Sequence record: NZ_CP020440.2
DNA length: 64,000 bases
Reading direction: 5' to 3' (one strand)
Source of the DNA: a plasmid
A program made the translations under genes and the position numbers. Below, piece after piece: positions 29,219 through 39,342 of this stretch. Numbering within the stretch: position 1 is the stretch's first letter; every line of letters begins with the position of its first letter. Below the pieces are notes generated by a model. That model was not told the DNA's origin. It saw only the letters and a list, made by a program, of their open reading frames with translations, and did not search any database.

Positions 29219-29400
29219 GGTCTCGTGCTGGAATCGGGGCCGGGTCTGTCGTGTCGGGTCGGATAGGTTCCCGGCTGCATAGAGCAGCCGGCCGTCGCGG
29301 AAAAGTCGATACAGCGGTATGGTAGATCGCGCCGCCTGGGCTTGCCCCGGCGCGCGCCATCCGGCAGGGTCCGGCGGCCGCGGGCAAGGGGGGGACGACG

Positions 29401-30561
29401 ATGAGCAAGGGACAGGGCATGGACGGACGCAGCCTGCTGCGGGGCCTCGGGCCCGCGATTGCCCCGGGTCGTCCGGTCGAGGCGCTGCGCGCGGCCCTGG
29501 GCGCGGCGCTGGGGCTGGGCGTCTCGGGGTTCTTCATGCTGGCGGGCCGCCTGGACCCGGTGCTGGGGCTTTATCTGATCGCGCCCTTCGGGGCCAGCTC
29601 GGTCCTGCTGTTCGCGGTCCCGAACAGCCCGCTTGCGCAGCCCTGGTCGGCGCTGGTCGGGAACGGCGCCGCCGCCGCCGCGGGCGTGCTCGCCTGCATG
29701 GTCATTCCCGATCCCCTGGCGCGGGTCGCCGTGTCGGTCGGCGGCGCCATCGCCCTGACCATCATGCTGCGCGCCGTGCATCCGCCCGCCGGCGCCGTCG
29801 CCATGACCGCCGCCCTGAACCCCGAGCCGATCGAGAAGCTGGGCTTCGGCTTCGTGCTGGCGCCGGTGCTGACGGGAACGCTGATCCTGGTCGGCATGGC
29901 GATGATCTATGCCCGGCTGACCGGCCGCCACTATCCGCTGCGCCAGTTCGACGAACCCGGCCCTGCGGGCACCGCCGACCACCCCGCGCCCGAGCGGCTG
30001 GGCCTGGCGCGCGAGGAGCTCGAGGAGATCCTGCGCAACTATCGCCAGTCGCTGAACCTGGGGGTCGAGGACCTGGCGCGGCTGATCGGCGCGGCCGAGA
30101 TGCAGGCCGCGGGCCATCGCGCCGACCCCCTGCCGGCCGAGGCCTTCATGTCGCGCGACCTGGTGACCGTCGCCCCGGAAACCCCGCTGGCCGAGGTGGC
30201 CGAACTGTTTCGCGCCCACGGCTTCACCTCGATCCCGGTGGTCGAGGAGGGGGACAAGTATCTGGGCATCATCTTCCAGATCGACCTGATCCGGCTGGCG
30301 GCGCATCCCGGCCCCGGGCTGCGCGCCCGGCTGCTGTCCCAGCCCGAGGCGCTGAGCGCGGGCCAGGTCATGCGCCGCGACATTCCCCATGCCGCCCCGG
30401 AAAGCACCATCGGCGCGCTGCTGCCGCTGCTGTCGGGGCCGGGCGCCCATGCGGTGCCGATCCTGAACCGCGGGCGCATCCGGGGCATCGTGACGCAGAC
30501 CGACCTGATCGCGGCCCTGGCCCGGCAGTTGCTGCGGCCCCGCGCCGCGCCGCCCGCCTAA
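29401..30561 (+). CDS. HPP-family integral membrane protein with a C-terminal tandem CBS-domain pair
   Basis: N-terminal 4-TM HPP domain (..HPPAGA.. motif), two CBS domains (FMSRDLVTVAP..., VMRRDIPHAAP...); divergent from mprF. Confidence 0.8.
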   Translation: MSKGQGMDGRSLLRGLGPAIAPGRPVEALRAALGAALGLGVSGFFMLAGRLDPVLGLYLIAPFGASSVLLFAVPNSPLAQPWSALVGNGAAAAAGVLACMVIPDPLARVAVSVGGAIALTIMLRAVHPPAGAVAMTAALNPEPIEKLGFGFVLAPVLTGTLILVGMAMIYARLTGRHYPLRQFDEPGPAGTADHPAPERLGLAREELEEILRNYRQSLNLGVEDLARLIGAAEMQAAGHRADPLPAEAFMSRDLVTVAPETPLAEVAELFRAHGFTSIPVVEEGDKYLGIIFQIDLIRLAAHPGPGLRARLLSQPEALSAGQVMRRDIPHAAPESTIGALLPLLSGPGAHAVPILNRGRIRGIVTQTDLIAALARQLLRPRAAPPA

Positions 30562-31265
30562 CGGCGGCGCAGCCAGTCCTGCATGTCGCGCTCGGCGCTG
30601 CGCAGCGCCTCGGCGTTCAGCGCGCCGCTGGTCAGGGCGCAGGCGACGGCGCGGACGCGCTTGTTCATGACGCCTTCGGCCACGGGCAGTTCGACCGCCA
30701 GCTTTTCGTAAAGCGACAGCAGCCGGTTCTGCACCGTGCGCTCCGACATGCCGCGCCGGCGCGCGATCTCGCGGTCGGGCAGGCCAAGCGCCATGTCCAG
30801 CAGAACGGTATATTCGCTTTCGCTCAGCCCCTGCGCGGGGCGCGACTGGCGCTGTTGCAGGCGGTGGATCTCGCGGTCGACGACCACCTGGCCTTCGACC
30901 AGCACGGCGCGCATGGCCAGGTGCAGCCGCTGGACCGGCGCGGTTTTCAGCACATAGCCATAGGGCGAGCCGGGCGGCACGATGCGCGTCAGCCCGCGCA
31001 GATAGGCTTCGTCGGCGTAGTTCGACCAGAACAGGATGCGGGTTTCCGGGCGTTCGGACCAGATCGTGCGGGCGGCGTCGATGCCGTTGCGTTCCTTCAT
31101 CTGCAGGTCCATGACGACGGCCAGTACGCCCTTGCGGGCCATCGCCTCGCCCTCGCGGCCGTTTTCCGCGGTCAGGATCTGGCTGGCCTCGGGCAGGGCC
31201 TGCCCGACCGCGTCGCGCAGGAAGGCCGCGTGCAGGGGGTCGTCCTCGACCAGCAGGATCTTCAT
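30558..31265 (-). CDS. Response regulator, NarL/FixJ family (REC + LuxR-type HTH)
   Basis: MKILLVEDDP...D receiver domain and C-terminal LuxR HTH LSESEYTVLLDMALGLPDREIARRRGMSERTVQNRL; start M150, overlapping the kinase stop (ATGA). Confidence 0.85.
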   Translation of the reverse strand: MKILLVEDDPLHAAFLRDAVGQALPEASQILTAENGREGEAMARKGVLAVVMDLQMKERNGIDAARTIWSERPETRILFWSNYADEAYLRGLTRIVPPGSPYGYVLKTAPVQRLHLAMRAVLVEGQVVVDREIHRLQQRQSRPAQGLSESEYTVLLDMALGLPDREIARRRGMSERTVQNRLLSLYEKLAVELPVAEGVMNKRVRAVACALTSGALNAEALRSAERDMQDWLRRR

Positions 31266-32476
31266 GGCGGGCCCCCCGCGGGCAGGCTGACCGAAACGCT
31301 GGTGCCGGTCCGGCCCGAACGGACCGAAAGCCGCGCGCCGATCAGCTGGGCGCGGGTGCGCATGTGCGACAGGCCGCCTTTCTTGCGGCTGCGGCGCACG
31401 TCCTCGGGCAGGCCGCAGCCATCGTCGGCCACGGTGATGCGCAGGCGCGGCTGGGCCGCGATGCGCACGTCGATGCGCCCCGCGCGGGCGTGGCGGCCGG
31501 CGTTGTTGATCGCCTCCTGCACGATGCGGAACAGGGCGATCCTGGCCACCGGGTCCAGCGCGTCGGGGGCGCCCTGGCTGTCGTCCTGCACCTCGACCTG
31601 GGCGTCGCCCGCGGCCCGTTCCAGATGCACCCGCACCGCATGGGCAAAGCCGAACATGTCCAGGATCGAGGGCACCGCCGTGTCGATGATGCGCCGCAGG
31701 TCGGCCACGCAATCGTCCAGCCGCGCCAGCACCGTTTCCGCGTCCAGCGCGCCGGGGCGCGACAGGTCGCGCATCAGCCGCGACAGGTCGGCCAGGGTCT
31801 GGTCGTGCAGGTCCATGCCGATGCGCTGGCGTTCCTGTTCCAGCGCCTGGGTCAGGTCGCGCGCGCCCAGCCGCAGCCCTTCCTCGCGCGCGCGGGCCTC
31901 GGTTTCGACGATGGCGGCCTGGCGCGACCGTTCCGCCTCGCGCAGCGCGAACAGATAGGGCGAGATCAGGTCCGCCACATAGCGCGCCGCCGCCACGTCG
32001 CGCGGCCCATAGCGCCCCGGCGCAAAGGACGAGATGCTGAGCGCGCCGATGATGTCCCCCGCCACCACCAGCGGCGCATGGACCCGGGCGCGCAGGTTGT
32101 GGTCATGGATCGGGGCGCAGAACACGCCCGGAAAGGCAAAGCGCGGGTCGGCGGTCGCGTCCTCGGTCAGGATGTGATCGACATGGCCCCACAGCAGCTC
32201 GCGGATCGGGCTGTTCTGGACGCCTGCCGTCTCCTTGCGGCCCCAAGCGGTCTCGATCCCGGTCTCGTAGGCGGCCGACAGGGTTCCGTCGTGGCGCAGC
32301 AGGCACAGGTCCAAGTGATCATAGGGCAGGAAGCGGCTGATTTCCTGCGCGACCGAGCGGATCGCCGACAGGAAGTCCAGCCGCCCCGCCAGCGCGCGCG
32401 AGATGCGGAACAGATGCGGCAGCAGCGGCCCGGGATCGACCTCCTGGTCCGAAAGCTCGCTCATCCTCTCGTGCAC
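31262..32476 (-). CDS. GAF-domain sensor histidine kinase (HisKA_3/NarX-DegS type)
   Basis: N-terminal GAF-like domain, H-box RIGMDLHDQTLADLS, HATPase_c (IVQEAINNAGRHA...DDGCGL); the likely true start is M5 at 32464. Confidence 0.8.
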   Translation of the reverse strand: MHERMSELSDQEVDPGPLLPHLFRISRALAGRLDFLSAIRSVAQEISRFLPYDHLDLCLLRHDGTLSAAYETGIETAWGRKETAGVQNSPIRELLWGHVDHILTEDATADPRFAFPGVFCAPIHDHNLRARVHAPLVVAGDIIGALSISSFAPGRYGPRDVAAARYVADLISPYLFALREAERSRQAAIVETEARAREEGLRLGARDLTQALEQERQRIGMDLHDQTLADLSRLMRDLSRPGALDAETVLARLDDCVADLRRIIDTAVPSILDMFGFAHAVRVHLERAAGDAQVEVQDDSQGAPDALDPVARIALFRIVQEAINNAGRHARAGRIDVRIAAQPRLRITVADDGCGLPEDVRRSRKKGGLSHMRTRAQLIGARLSVRSGRTGTSVSVSLPAGGPP

Positions 32477-32692
32477 GGCGCGCCTCCGCTGGTGTCCCTC
32501 GGGGGCGACGATGCCACAGGCGCCGGCCTGCGTCCAAGCGGCGCCGCGCCGAACTTGCGGGTTTCCGCAAACGGCGCGCGGAAAGATGCAGGTCCGGGCC
32601 CAGTTCCGGTCTAGGCAGCCTGCCGTCCCGCCCTATCCTTGACCCCGGAGGACGGCGCCCGGCGCCGGGATATGAAGGGGGAGGACTCAAGG

Positions 32693-33703
32693 ATGACCCG
32701 CAAGGGACTGCTGCTGACGGCCGCGACGATCCTGGCCATGGGCGGGACGGCGATGGCCGACACCGCGCAAAAGCGCATCGCACTGTCGAACAACTATGCC
32801 GGCAACAGCTGGCGCCAGGCCATGCTGGAAAGCTGGAAGCGCGTGACCGACAAGGCCGTGGCCGACGGCATCGTCGCCGCCGCTGACGCCTTTACCACCG
32901 CCGAAAACCAGGCGACGGAACAGGCCGCGCAGATCCAGAACATGGTCCTGCAGGGCTATGACGCGATCGTGGTCAACGCCGCATCGCCCACCGCGCTGAA
33001 CGGCGCCATCAAGGAGGCCTGCGACGCGGGCATCACCGTCGTCAGCTTCGACGGCATCGTGACCGAGCCCTGCGCCTGGCGCGTCAAGGTCGATTTCAAG
33101 AAGATGGGCGCGGACGAGATCGCCTATCTGGCCGGCCGCCTGCCCGACGGCGGCAACCTGCTGGAGATCCGGGGCCTGGCCGGCGTGTCCGTCGACGACG
33201 AGATCCACGCGGGCATCGAGGAAGGCGTCAAGGCCCACCCGAACTTCAAGGTCGTGGGGTCCGTGAACGGCGACTGGGCGCAGGACGTGGCGCAGAAGGC
33301 GGTCGCGGGCATCCTGCCCTCGCTGCCCGAGATCGCGGCCGTGGTGACGCAGGGCGGCGACGGCTATGGCGCGGCGCAGGCCTTTGCCGCCGCCGGGCGG
33401 CCGATGCCGATCATCATCATGGGCAACCGCCAGGACGAGCTGAAATGGTGGGCCGAACAGCGCGACGCGAACGGCTATGAAACCATCTCGACCTCGATTG
33501 CGCCGGGCGTCTCGACGCTGGCGTTCTGGGTCGCGCAGCAGATCCTGGACGGGGCCGAGGTGCCCAAGGACCTGACCGTGCCCTTCCTGTCGGTGACGCA
33601 GGAAACCCTGGACCAGGCGCTGAAGGATACGCCCGAAGGCGGCGTCACCAACGTGGACTACACGCTGGACGACGCCAAGAAAGTGATTGCCGGAACCGAC
33701 TGA
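32693..33703 (+). CDS. Sugar ABC transporter periplasmic substrate-binding protein (RbsB/LacI-type PBP)
   Basis: Signal peptide MTRKGLLLTAATILAMGGTAMA, Peripla_BP_4-like fold; GGAGG RBS. Confidence 0.8.
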   Translation: MTRKGLLLTAATILAMGGTAMADTAQKRIALSNNYAGNSWRQAMLESWKRVTDKAVADGIVAAADAFTTAENQATEQAAQIQNMVLQGYDAIVVNAASPTALNGAIKEACDAGITVVSFDGIVTEPCAWRVKVDFKKMGADEIAYLAGRLPDGGNLLEIRGLAGVSVDDEIHAGIEEGVKAHPNFKVVGSVNGDWAQDVAQKAVAGILPSLPEIAAVVTQGGDGYGAAQAFAAAGRPMPIIIMGNRQDELKWWAEQRDANGYETISTSIAPGVSTLAFWVAQQILDGAEVPKDLTVPFLSVTQETLDQALKDTPEGGVTNVDYTLDDAKKVIAGTD

Positions 33704-35190
33704 TGGCAGGCATCGAAGGCGAGGATCGGGCCGGGGCGCAAGCCCCGGCAGCGGATGGAGGCGGCGCGGTCGTGCGCCTTGAGACGGCGTCGAAAACCTT
33801 TGGCGCGCTCAGGGCGCTGGATCGTGTGGACCTGGCCATCCGCCCCGGCGAATGCCTGGGGCTGGTCGGCCACAACGGGGCGGGAAAATCGACCCTGGTG
33901 AACCTTGTCACCGGCCTTTTCGCGCCTTCGGACGGGCGTGTGGTCTATCCCGGCGCCGACGGTCCCCTGCAGGCCGGCGTCCGTGCCATTTCCCAGGAAG
34001 GCACGCTCTGCCCGAACCTGACGGTGCTGGAAAACCTGTCCGTCGTGCAGCGCGACCTGACCGGGCCGGGCTGGCGCGGGCGGGCCGCGGACCGGATCGG
34101 AGCGGCGCTGGACGCGATCTTTCCCGGCCACCGTATCCGCCCCGACATGCTGGTCGCCGACATGACCTTGGCCGAGGCGCAGATGGCCGAGATCGCCATC
34201 GGCTTCGCCGAAGGGCCCATCCCCGCCCGCCTGGTGGTGCTGGACGAGCCCACCTCGTCGCTGGACGCCTCGATCGCGGCGCAGCTTCTGGCGCATGTCC
34301 GCCGCTTTTGCGCCGAAGGGGGCGCGGTGGTCTTCATCTCGCACATGCTGGGCGAGATTTTCGCCGTCGCCAGCCGCATCGTCGTCATGCGCGATGGGCA
34401 GGCGATCGCCGACCGGCCGGCGCATGGCTTCAGCCGCCGCGGTCTGGTCGATGCCATGGGCCATGTCGCGGCCGAGGACGATCGCCCCGCCACGCCCGCC
34501 GCGCTTGCCCGCGCCCTGGGCGACAAGAGCGCCGCGATCCTGCGCACCCCCGAAGGGATCGAGGCGCGGCGCGGCGAGATCGTCGGCCTTGCCGGCCTTG
34601 CCGGTCACGGCCAGGCCGAGGCGCTGGCGCGGTTCTATCTGGCGCAAAGTTCGGACTGGCGCAGTTCGGCCCGGCCCCGCGCGGCCTTTGTCGCCGGCGA
34701 CAGGCGGCGCGACGGGATCATGCCGGTCTGGTCGATCCGGCGCAACCTGACGCTGGCCGCGCTGGACACGCTGCTGCGCCGGGGCCTTGTGGACCGCGAC
34801 CGCGAACGCGAGATCGGCGCGCACTGGCAGCGCCGCATCGGCATCCGCACGCCCGACATGGGCAACCCCATCTTGTCGCTGTCCGGCGGCAACCAGCAAA
34901 AGGCGCTGTTCGCGCGGGCCCTGGCCACCAGCGCGCCGGTGATCGTCATGGACGACCCGATGCGCGGCGTCGACATCGGCACCAAGACCGAGGTCTACGA
35001 CATGATCCGGCACGAGGCCGCGCAGGGCCGCACCTTCCTGTGGTATTCGACCGAGATGGACGAGATCCGCAACTGCGACCGCGTCTTCGTGTTCCGCGAC
35101 GGCGCCATCTCGGCCGAACTCGAGGGTACGGCCATCACCGAGGAAAACGTCCTGGCCGCCAGCTTCGAATTCGGGGAAACCGCCGCATGA
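33703..35190 (+). CDS. Sugar ABC transporter ATP-binding protein (tandem ABC domains)
   Basis: Two Walker A motifs (GHNGAGKST; second domain), two signature motifs; 495 aa as in RbsA/XylG. Confidence 0.85.
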   Translation: MAGIEGEDRAGAQAPAADGGGAVVRLETASKTFGALRALDRVDLAIRPGECLGLVGHNGAGKSTLVNLVTGLFAPSDGRVVYPGADGPLQAGVRAISQEGTLCPNLTVLENLSVVQRDLTGPGWRGRAADRIGAALDAIFPGHRIRPDMLVADMTLAEAQMAEIAIGFAEGPIPARLVVLDEPTSSLDASIAAQLLAHVRRFCAEGGAVVFISHMLGEIFAVASRIVVMRDGQAIADRPAHGFSRRGLVDAMGHVAAEDDRPATPAALARALGDKSAAILRTPEGIEARRGEIVGLAGLAGHGQAEALARFYLAQSSDWRSSARPRAAFVAGDRRRDGIMPVWSIRRNLTLAALDTLLRRGLVDRDREREIGAHWQRRIGIRTPDMGNPILSLSGGNQQKALFARALATSAPVIVMDDPMRGVDIGTKTEVYDMIRHEAAQGRTFLWYSTEMDEIRNCDRVFVFRDGAISAELEGTAITEENVLAASFEFGETAA

Positions 35191-36116
35191 CACGGCTGAT
35201 CAACCCGCGCCTGGCGCTGCCGGTGCTGTCGCTGGCCGTCCTGGTCGCCGCCGTCTTCTGGTTGCAGCCCCGCGCCATGAGCTATGTGGGCGTGAACCTG
35301 CTGTTCAATCTGGCGGTGCCCATCGCGCTGGCGACGGTGGCGCAGATGGTCGTCATCATGGTGGGCGACATCGACCTGTCGATGGGCGCCTTCGTCAGCC
35401 TGGTGGCCTGCATCACCGCCGCCATCCTGCCAGTCAATCCCGTGCTGGGGGCCTTGATGCTGGCGGGCTGCGTGCTGGCCTATGCCGCGCTTGGCGCGCT
35501 GATCGAGGCGCGGGGCCTGCCGGCCATCGTCGTGACCCTGGGCATGTCCTTTGTCTGGGGGGGTGCGGCGGTGTTGATCCTGCCCTCGCCCGGAGGGACG
35601 GCGCCGGGCTGGCTGACCGGGGTGATGAAGGCCAAGCCACCGCTGGTCCCGATGGCCATCGTTGCCAGCGTGCTGATCGCCGCCGTGGCGCATCTGGTCA
35701 TCATGCGCTCAAGCTTCGGGGTGCGGCTGCGGGCGCTCGGGGGCAATGCGCGGGCCCTGTCGCGCGCGGGCCGCTCGACCGTGGCGCTGCGGGCCTGGGC
35801 CTATGCGCTGGCGGGGCTGTTCGCGGTGCTGTCGGGGATGGCGCTGGTCGGGCTGACCACCTCGGGCGACGCCAATATCGCGCTGCGCTATACGCTTTTG
35901 TCCATCGCGGGCGTGATCCTGGGCGGGGGCGAGTTCACCGGCGGGCGCGTCTCGCCCATCGGCGCGGTGATCGGGGCGCTGACGCTGACGCTGGCGGGCA
36001 GCTTCCTGTCCTTCCTGCGGCTGTCGCCCGACTGGCAGATCGGCGCCCAGGGCGCGATCCTGATTCTGGTGCTGGCGGCGCGGCTGGTCTTGCGCCAGGC
36101 GGAGAAACGTTCATGA
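35187..36116 (+). CDS. Sugar ABC transporter permease (BPD_transp_2 family)
   Basis: Multi-TM permease; start ATG overlaps the upstream stop; 309 aa. Confidence 0.8.
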   Translation: MTRLINPRLALPVLSLAVLVAAVFWLQPRAMSYVGVNLLFNLAVPIALATVAQMVVIMVGDIDLSMGAFVSLVACITAAILPVNPVLGALMLAGCVLAYAALGALIEARGLPAIVVTLGMSFVWGGAAVLILPSPGGTAPGWLTGVMKAKPPLVPMAIVASVLIAAVAHLVIMRSSFGVRLRALGGNARALSRAGRSTVALRAWAYALAGLFAVLSGMALVGLTTSGDANIALRYTLLSIAGVILGGGEFTGGRVSPIGAVIGALTLTLAGSFLSFLRLSPDWQIGAQGAILILVLAARLVLRQAEKRS

Positions 36117-37060
36117 CCATGACCATGACCTTGCACAAGGCGCCCTGGTTCTGGGCCTGGGTCGCGGCCCTCGCGGCGTTCCTGGCCACCTGGTCGCTGA
36201 GCACCGGAGGCGGCGGAGCCGCCCTGGCGGTCGCTGCGCTGACCTTCGGCAGCTTCTCGGTCCTGACCGGGCTGGGGCAGATGCTGGTCATCACCCTGGG
36301 CCCCGGCAACACCGACCTGTCGATCCCCGCCACGATGACGCTGGCCGCCACCCTGTCGCTGAAGCTGATGGCGGGCGCGGGCGGGATCTGGATCGCCGCC
36401 GGGCTGGTGGCGGCGCTTGCCATCGGGGCAGGGGTCGGGGTCGTCAACTTCGCGCTGATCCGGCTGCTGCGCATCCCGCCGATCATCGCCACGCTGTCGG
36501 CCAGTTTCCTTTACCAGTCGCTGGCGATCTGGTCGAACCGCGGTCTGCGCATCAAGCCGCCCGCGGCGCTGGCCGAGTTCACCACCGGCCGGGCGCTGCT
36601 GGGTGTGCCGAACCTGGCCTGGGTGGCCCTGGCGATCAGCATCGTGTTCTGGGTGCTGCTGAACCGCTCGGGCTTTGGCCGGCGTGTCTCGGCCATCGGG
36701 CAGAATCCGCGCGCGGCGCGGCTGGCGGGGGTGCCGGTCGCCCGCACGTCGGCCGCGACCTATGTGATCTCGGCGGTGATGGCGGCGCTCGCCGGCTTCC
36801 TGCTGGCCTGCTTCTCGGGCGGCGCCGCGCTGAACATGGGGGCCGAGTTCCTGCTGATGTCCATCGCCGTCACGGTGATCGGCGGCTCGTCCATCGCGGG
36901 GGGCAATTCCAACGTGCCCGGCATCTGGGCGGGCGCGCTGTTCATGTATCTGATCGTCTCGATGCTGAACTCCTACGGGCTGGGGGCCGGGGTGCGGCTG
37001 CTGTCGACGGGGATCATCATCATCGCCATCGTCGCCGTGGCCAGCGGCAGAAAGGGCTGA
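36113..37060 (+). CDS. Sugar ABC transporter permease (second subunit)
   Basis: Multi-TM permease, 315 aa, translationally coupled. Confidence 0.8.
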   Translation: MTMTMTLHKAPWFWAWVAALAAFLATWSLSTGGGGAALAVAALTFGSFSVLTGLGQMLVITLGPGNTDLSIPATMTLAATLSLKLMAGAGGIWIAAGLVAALAIGAGVGVVNFALIRLLRIPPIIATLSASFLYQSLAIWSNRGLRIKPPAALAEFTTGRALLGVPNLAWVALAISIVFWVLLNRSGFGRRVSAIGQNPRAARLAGVPVARTSAATYVISAVMAALAGFLLACFSGGAALNMGAEFLLMSIAVTVIGGSSIAGGNSNVPGIWAGALFMYLIVSMLNSYGLGAGVRLLSTGIIIIAIVAVASGRKG

Positions 37061-37064
37061 ACCC

Positions 37065-37982
37065 ATGTCCATCTATGACCGGCGCGACCCGCGCTTTCGG
37101 GCGCTGATCCATCCGAACGCGGGGCTGCACCAGATCGGCAGCGGCTTTGAATGGGCCGAGGGGCCGGCCTGGTTTCCCGCCGCCCAGATGCTGCTGTTTT
37201 CCGACATCCCGGCGCATCGGATGATGCGCTGGACCGCGCAGACCGGCTGCAGCATCTTTCGCGAGGATTCGGGCTATTCGAACGGCAACACCCGCGACCC
37301 GCAGGGTCGGCTTGTCACCTGCCACCACGGGCTGCGCGCGGTGACGCGGACCGAACACGACGGCAGCCTGACCACACTGGCCGCCCAAGGCCAGGGCCGG
37401 CGGCTGAATTCCCCCAACGACGTGGTGGTGAAGGCCGACGGCTCGGTCTGGTTCACCGATCCGACCTATGGCATCCTGTCGGACCTCGAAGGCTACAAGG
37501 CAGCGCCCGAACAGGCCGGCAGCTTCGTCTGGCGCATCCCGCCCGGGGGCGGCGCCCCGTTGCCGGTCTGCAAGGACTTCACCCAACCGAACGGGCTGTG
37601 CTTTTCGCCCGACGAAAGCCTGCTCTACATCGCGGAATCGGGGTCGAGCCACGATCCCTCGGTGCCCCCGGTCATCCGGGTCTATGACGTCGCGGGCGAT
37701 GGGCTGGGACAGGGCCGCGACTTTGCGACCGTCGATGCCGGCCTGCCCGACGGCATCCGCTGCGACGCGGCGGGCAACCTCTGGTCCTCGGCCGCCGACG
37801 GGGTGCATGTCTTTGCCCCCGACAGCACGCTTCTGGGCAAGATCCTGGTGCCCGAGGTGGTCTCGAACCTGTGCTTCGGCGGGCCGCGCGGCAACCGGCT
37901 GTTCATCACCGCGACGACCAGCCTTTACATGCTGGCCGTCGATGCCTGCGCCGCCGGCTGGCCCGGTCAGGGCGCGGTATAG
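37065..37982 (+). CDS. SMP-30/gluconolactonase/LRE-like sugar lactone lactonase
   Basis: EGPAW, SNGN, NGL and DG motifs of the six-bladed beta-propeller lactonase family; 305 aa. Confidence 0.8.
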   Translation: MSIYDRRDPRFRALIHPNAGLHQIGSGFEWAEGPAWFPAAQMLLFSDIPAHRMMRWTAQTGCSIFREDSGYSNGNTRDPQGRLVTCHHGLRAVTRTEHDGSLTTLAAQGQGRRLNSPNDVVVKADGSVWFTDPTYGILSDLEGYKAAPEQAGSFVWRIPPGGGAPLPVCKDFTQPNGLCFSPDESLLYIAESGSSHDPSVPPVIRVYDVAGDGLGQGRDFATVDAGLPDGIRCDAAGNLWSSAADGVHVFAPDSTLLGKILVPEVVSNLCFGGPRGNRLFITATTSLYMLAVDACAAGWPGQGAV

Positions 37983-38716
37983 CCGCCGTCGACCAGGTGA
38001 TAGCTGCCGGTGATGAAGCTGGCGTGGTCGGACAGCAGGAACAGGACCAGGCCCGAGATTTCCTCGGACCGGCCCAGCCGCCCGATCGGGTGCTTGCCGA
38101 TCAGCCAGCTGCGCTGGTCCTGGTCCATGTGCGACAGCAGCGGCGTGTCGATGAAGCCGGGCCCGACCGAGTTCACGCGGATGCCCTTGTCGCCGTATTC
38201 CATCGCCGCCGACTTGGTCAGCCCGACGACGGCGTGCTTGGCCGCGACATAGGCGGGCGACCCGGCGAATCCGACGGACCCCAGGATCGAGGCCATGTTG
38301 ACGATGGCTCCGCCGCCCGCATCCAGCATTGCGGGAATGCCGAACCGCATGCCGTAGAAGACGGCGTTCAGGTTGACGCCGATGACCTTGTCCCAAGCCT
38401 CCAGCGGGTATTCCCCGGTCGGCGCGCTTGCCCCGCCGATGCCGGCATTGTTGACCAGCAGGTGCAGCCCGCCGTTGTCGCGGGCCAGATCGACCAGCCG
38501 CGACACCGCCTGGGGGTCCGACACGTCGCCGCCCGCCGCCAGCGCCTGGCCGCCCTCGCCGCCGATCCGGTCCGTGACCCGTTGCGCGGCGTCTGCGTTC
38601 AGGTCGGCCACGATCACCTTGGCGCCGGCCCGCGCCAGGTCCAGCGTAATCGCCTCGCCGATGCCCGAGCCTGCGCCCGTCACCAGGACGGTCTTTCCAT
38701 CAAAGCGGATGTCCAT
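37967..38716 (-). CDS. SDR-family NAD(P)-dependent oxidoreductase
   Basis: TGAGSGIG cofactor motif, NNAG, catalytic YxxxK (YVAAK); start M33. Confidence 0.85.
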   Translation of the reverse strand: MDIRFDGKTVLVTGAGSGIGEAITLDLARAGAKVIVADLNADAAQRVTDRIGGEGGQALAAGGDVSDPQAVSRLVDLARDNGGLHLLVNNAGIGGASAPTGEYPLEAWDKVIGVNLNAVFYGMRFGIPAMLDAGGGAIVNMASILGSVGFAGSPAYVAAKHAVVGLTKSAAMEYGDKGIRVNSVGPGFIDTPLLSHMDQDQRSWLIGKHPIGRLGRSEEISGLVLFLLSDHASFITGSYHLVDGGYTAP

Positions 38717-38808
38717 GGCATGTCCTTTCTGGTTCGCGGGCGCGCTGCCGCGCCCGTTTGGAACAGCGTGCCGCCGCCCCGGTTCCGGCCCGGGCCTGCG
38801 GCCTTGCG

Positions 38809-39204
38809 TCACAGATAGCGGCCCCGCCGCTGCAGCACCTCGATCTGGTAGCCGTCCGGGTCGGCGACGAAGAAGAAGCGCGCGATCACCTCGCCCCCCG
38901 GGGCAAAGTCGACCAGTTTGCGCGGCGCCAGGCCCAGGGCGCTCAGCCGCGCATGTTCAGCGTCGACATCCGCGACCGAAACGGCCAGATGCCCATAGCC
39001 GTCGCCCAGGTCATAGGGTGCCTCGCGGTCCTTGTTGATCGTCAGCTCCAGTTCGAACCCGGTTTCGTCATTGGACAGATAGACCAGCGTGAAGCTGTCG
39101 AAATCCAGCCTTTGCGCCACCCGCAGGCCGAACGCCTGGCCGTAGAAATCAACCGAGCGTGCCTCGTCCAGCACCCGGATCATCGAGTGGATCATCTTTG
39201 CCAT
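38809..39204 (-). CDS. VOC/glyoxalase-family protein (lactoylglutathione lyase-like)
   Basis: 131 aa, glyoxalase I-like HSMIRVLDEARSVDFY...HLAVSVADVD motifs. Confidence 0.75.
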   Translation of the reverse strand: MAKMIHSMIRVLDEARSVDFYGQAFGLRVAQRLDFDSFTLVYLSNDETGFELELTINKDREAPYDLGDGYGHLAVSVADVDAEHARLSALGLAPRKLVDFAPGGEVIARFFFVADPDGYQIEVLQRRGRYL

Positions 39205-39342
39205 CGGGTTTGCATCCTTTCGCCCCTGTCGTGCGCATGGTTCCCCGGCCGGCGCAAAGATGCAACCGGCGCTGGAGCTTCGGAACCGGATATGCGATCA
39301 ATTCCGGGCACTGGCACGGACCCGATTGCAAAGGAAAACAGC

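Noticed and set aside
26456-29266. 936-aa ORF on the plus strand
   Set aside because: Antisense to mprF; extremely R/G/Q-rich and low complexity; GC-driven artefact
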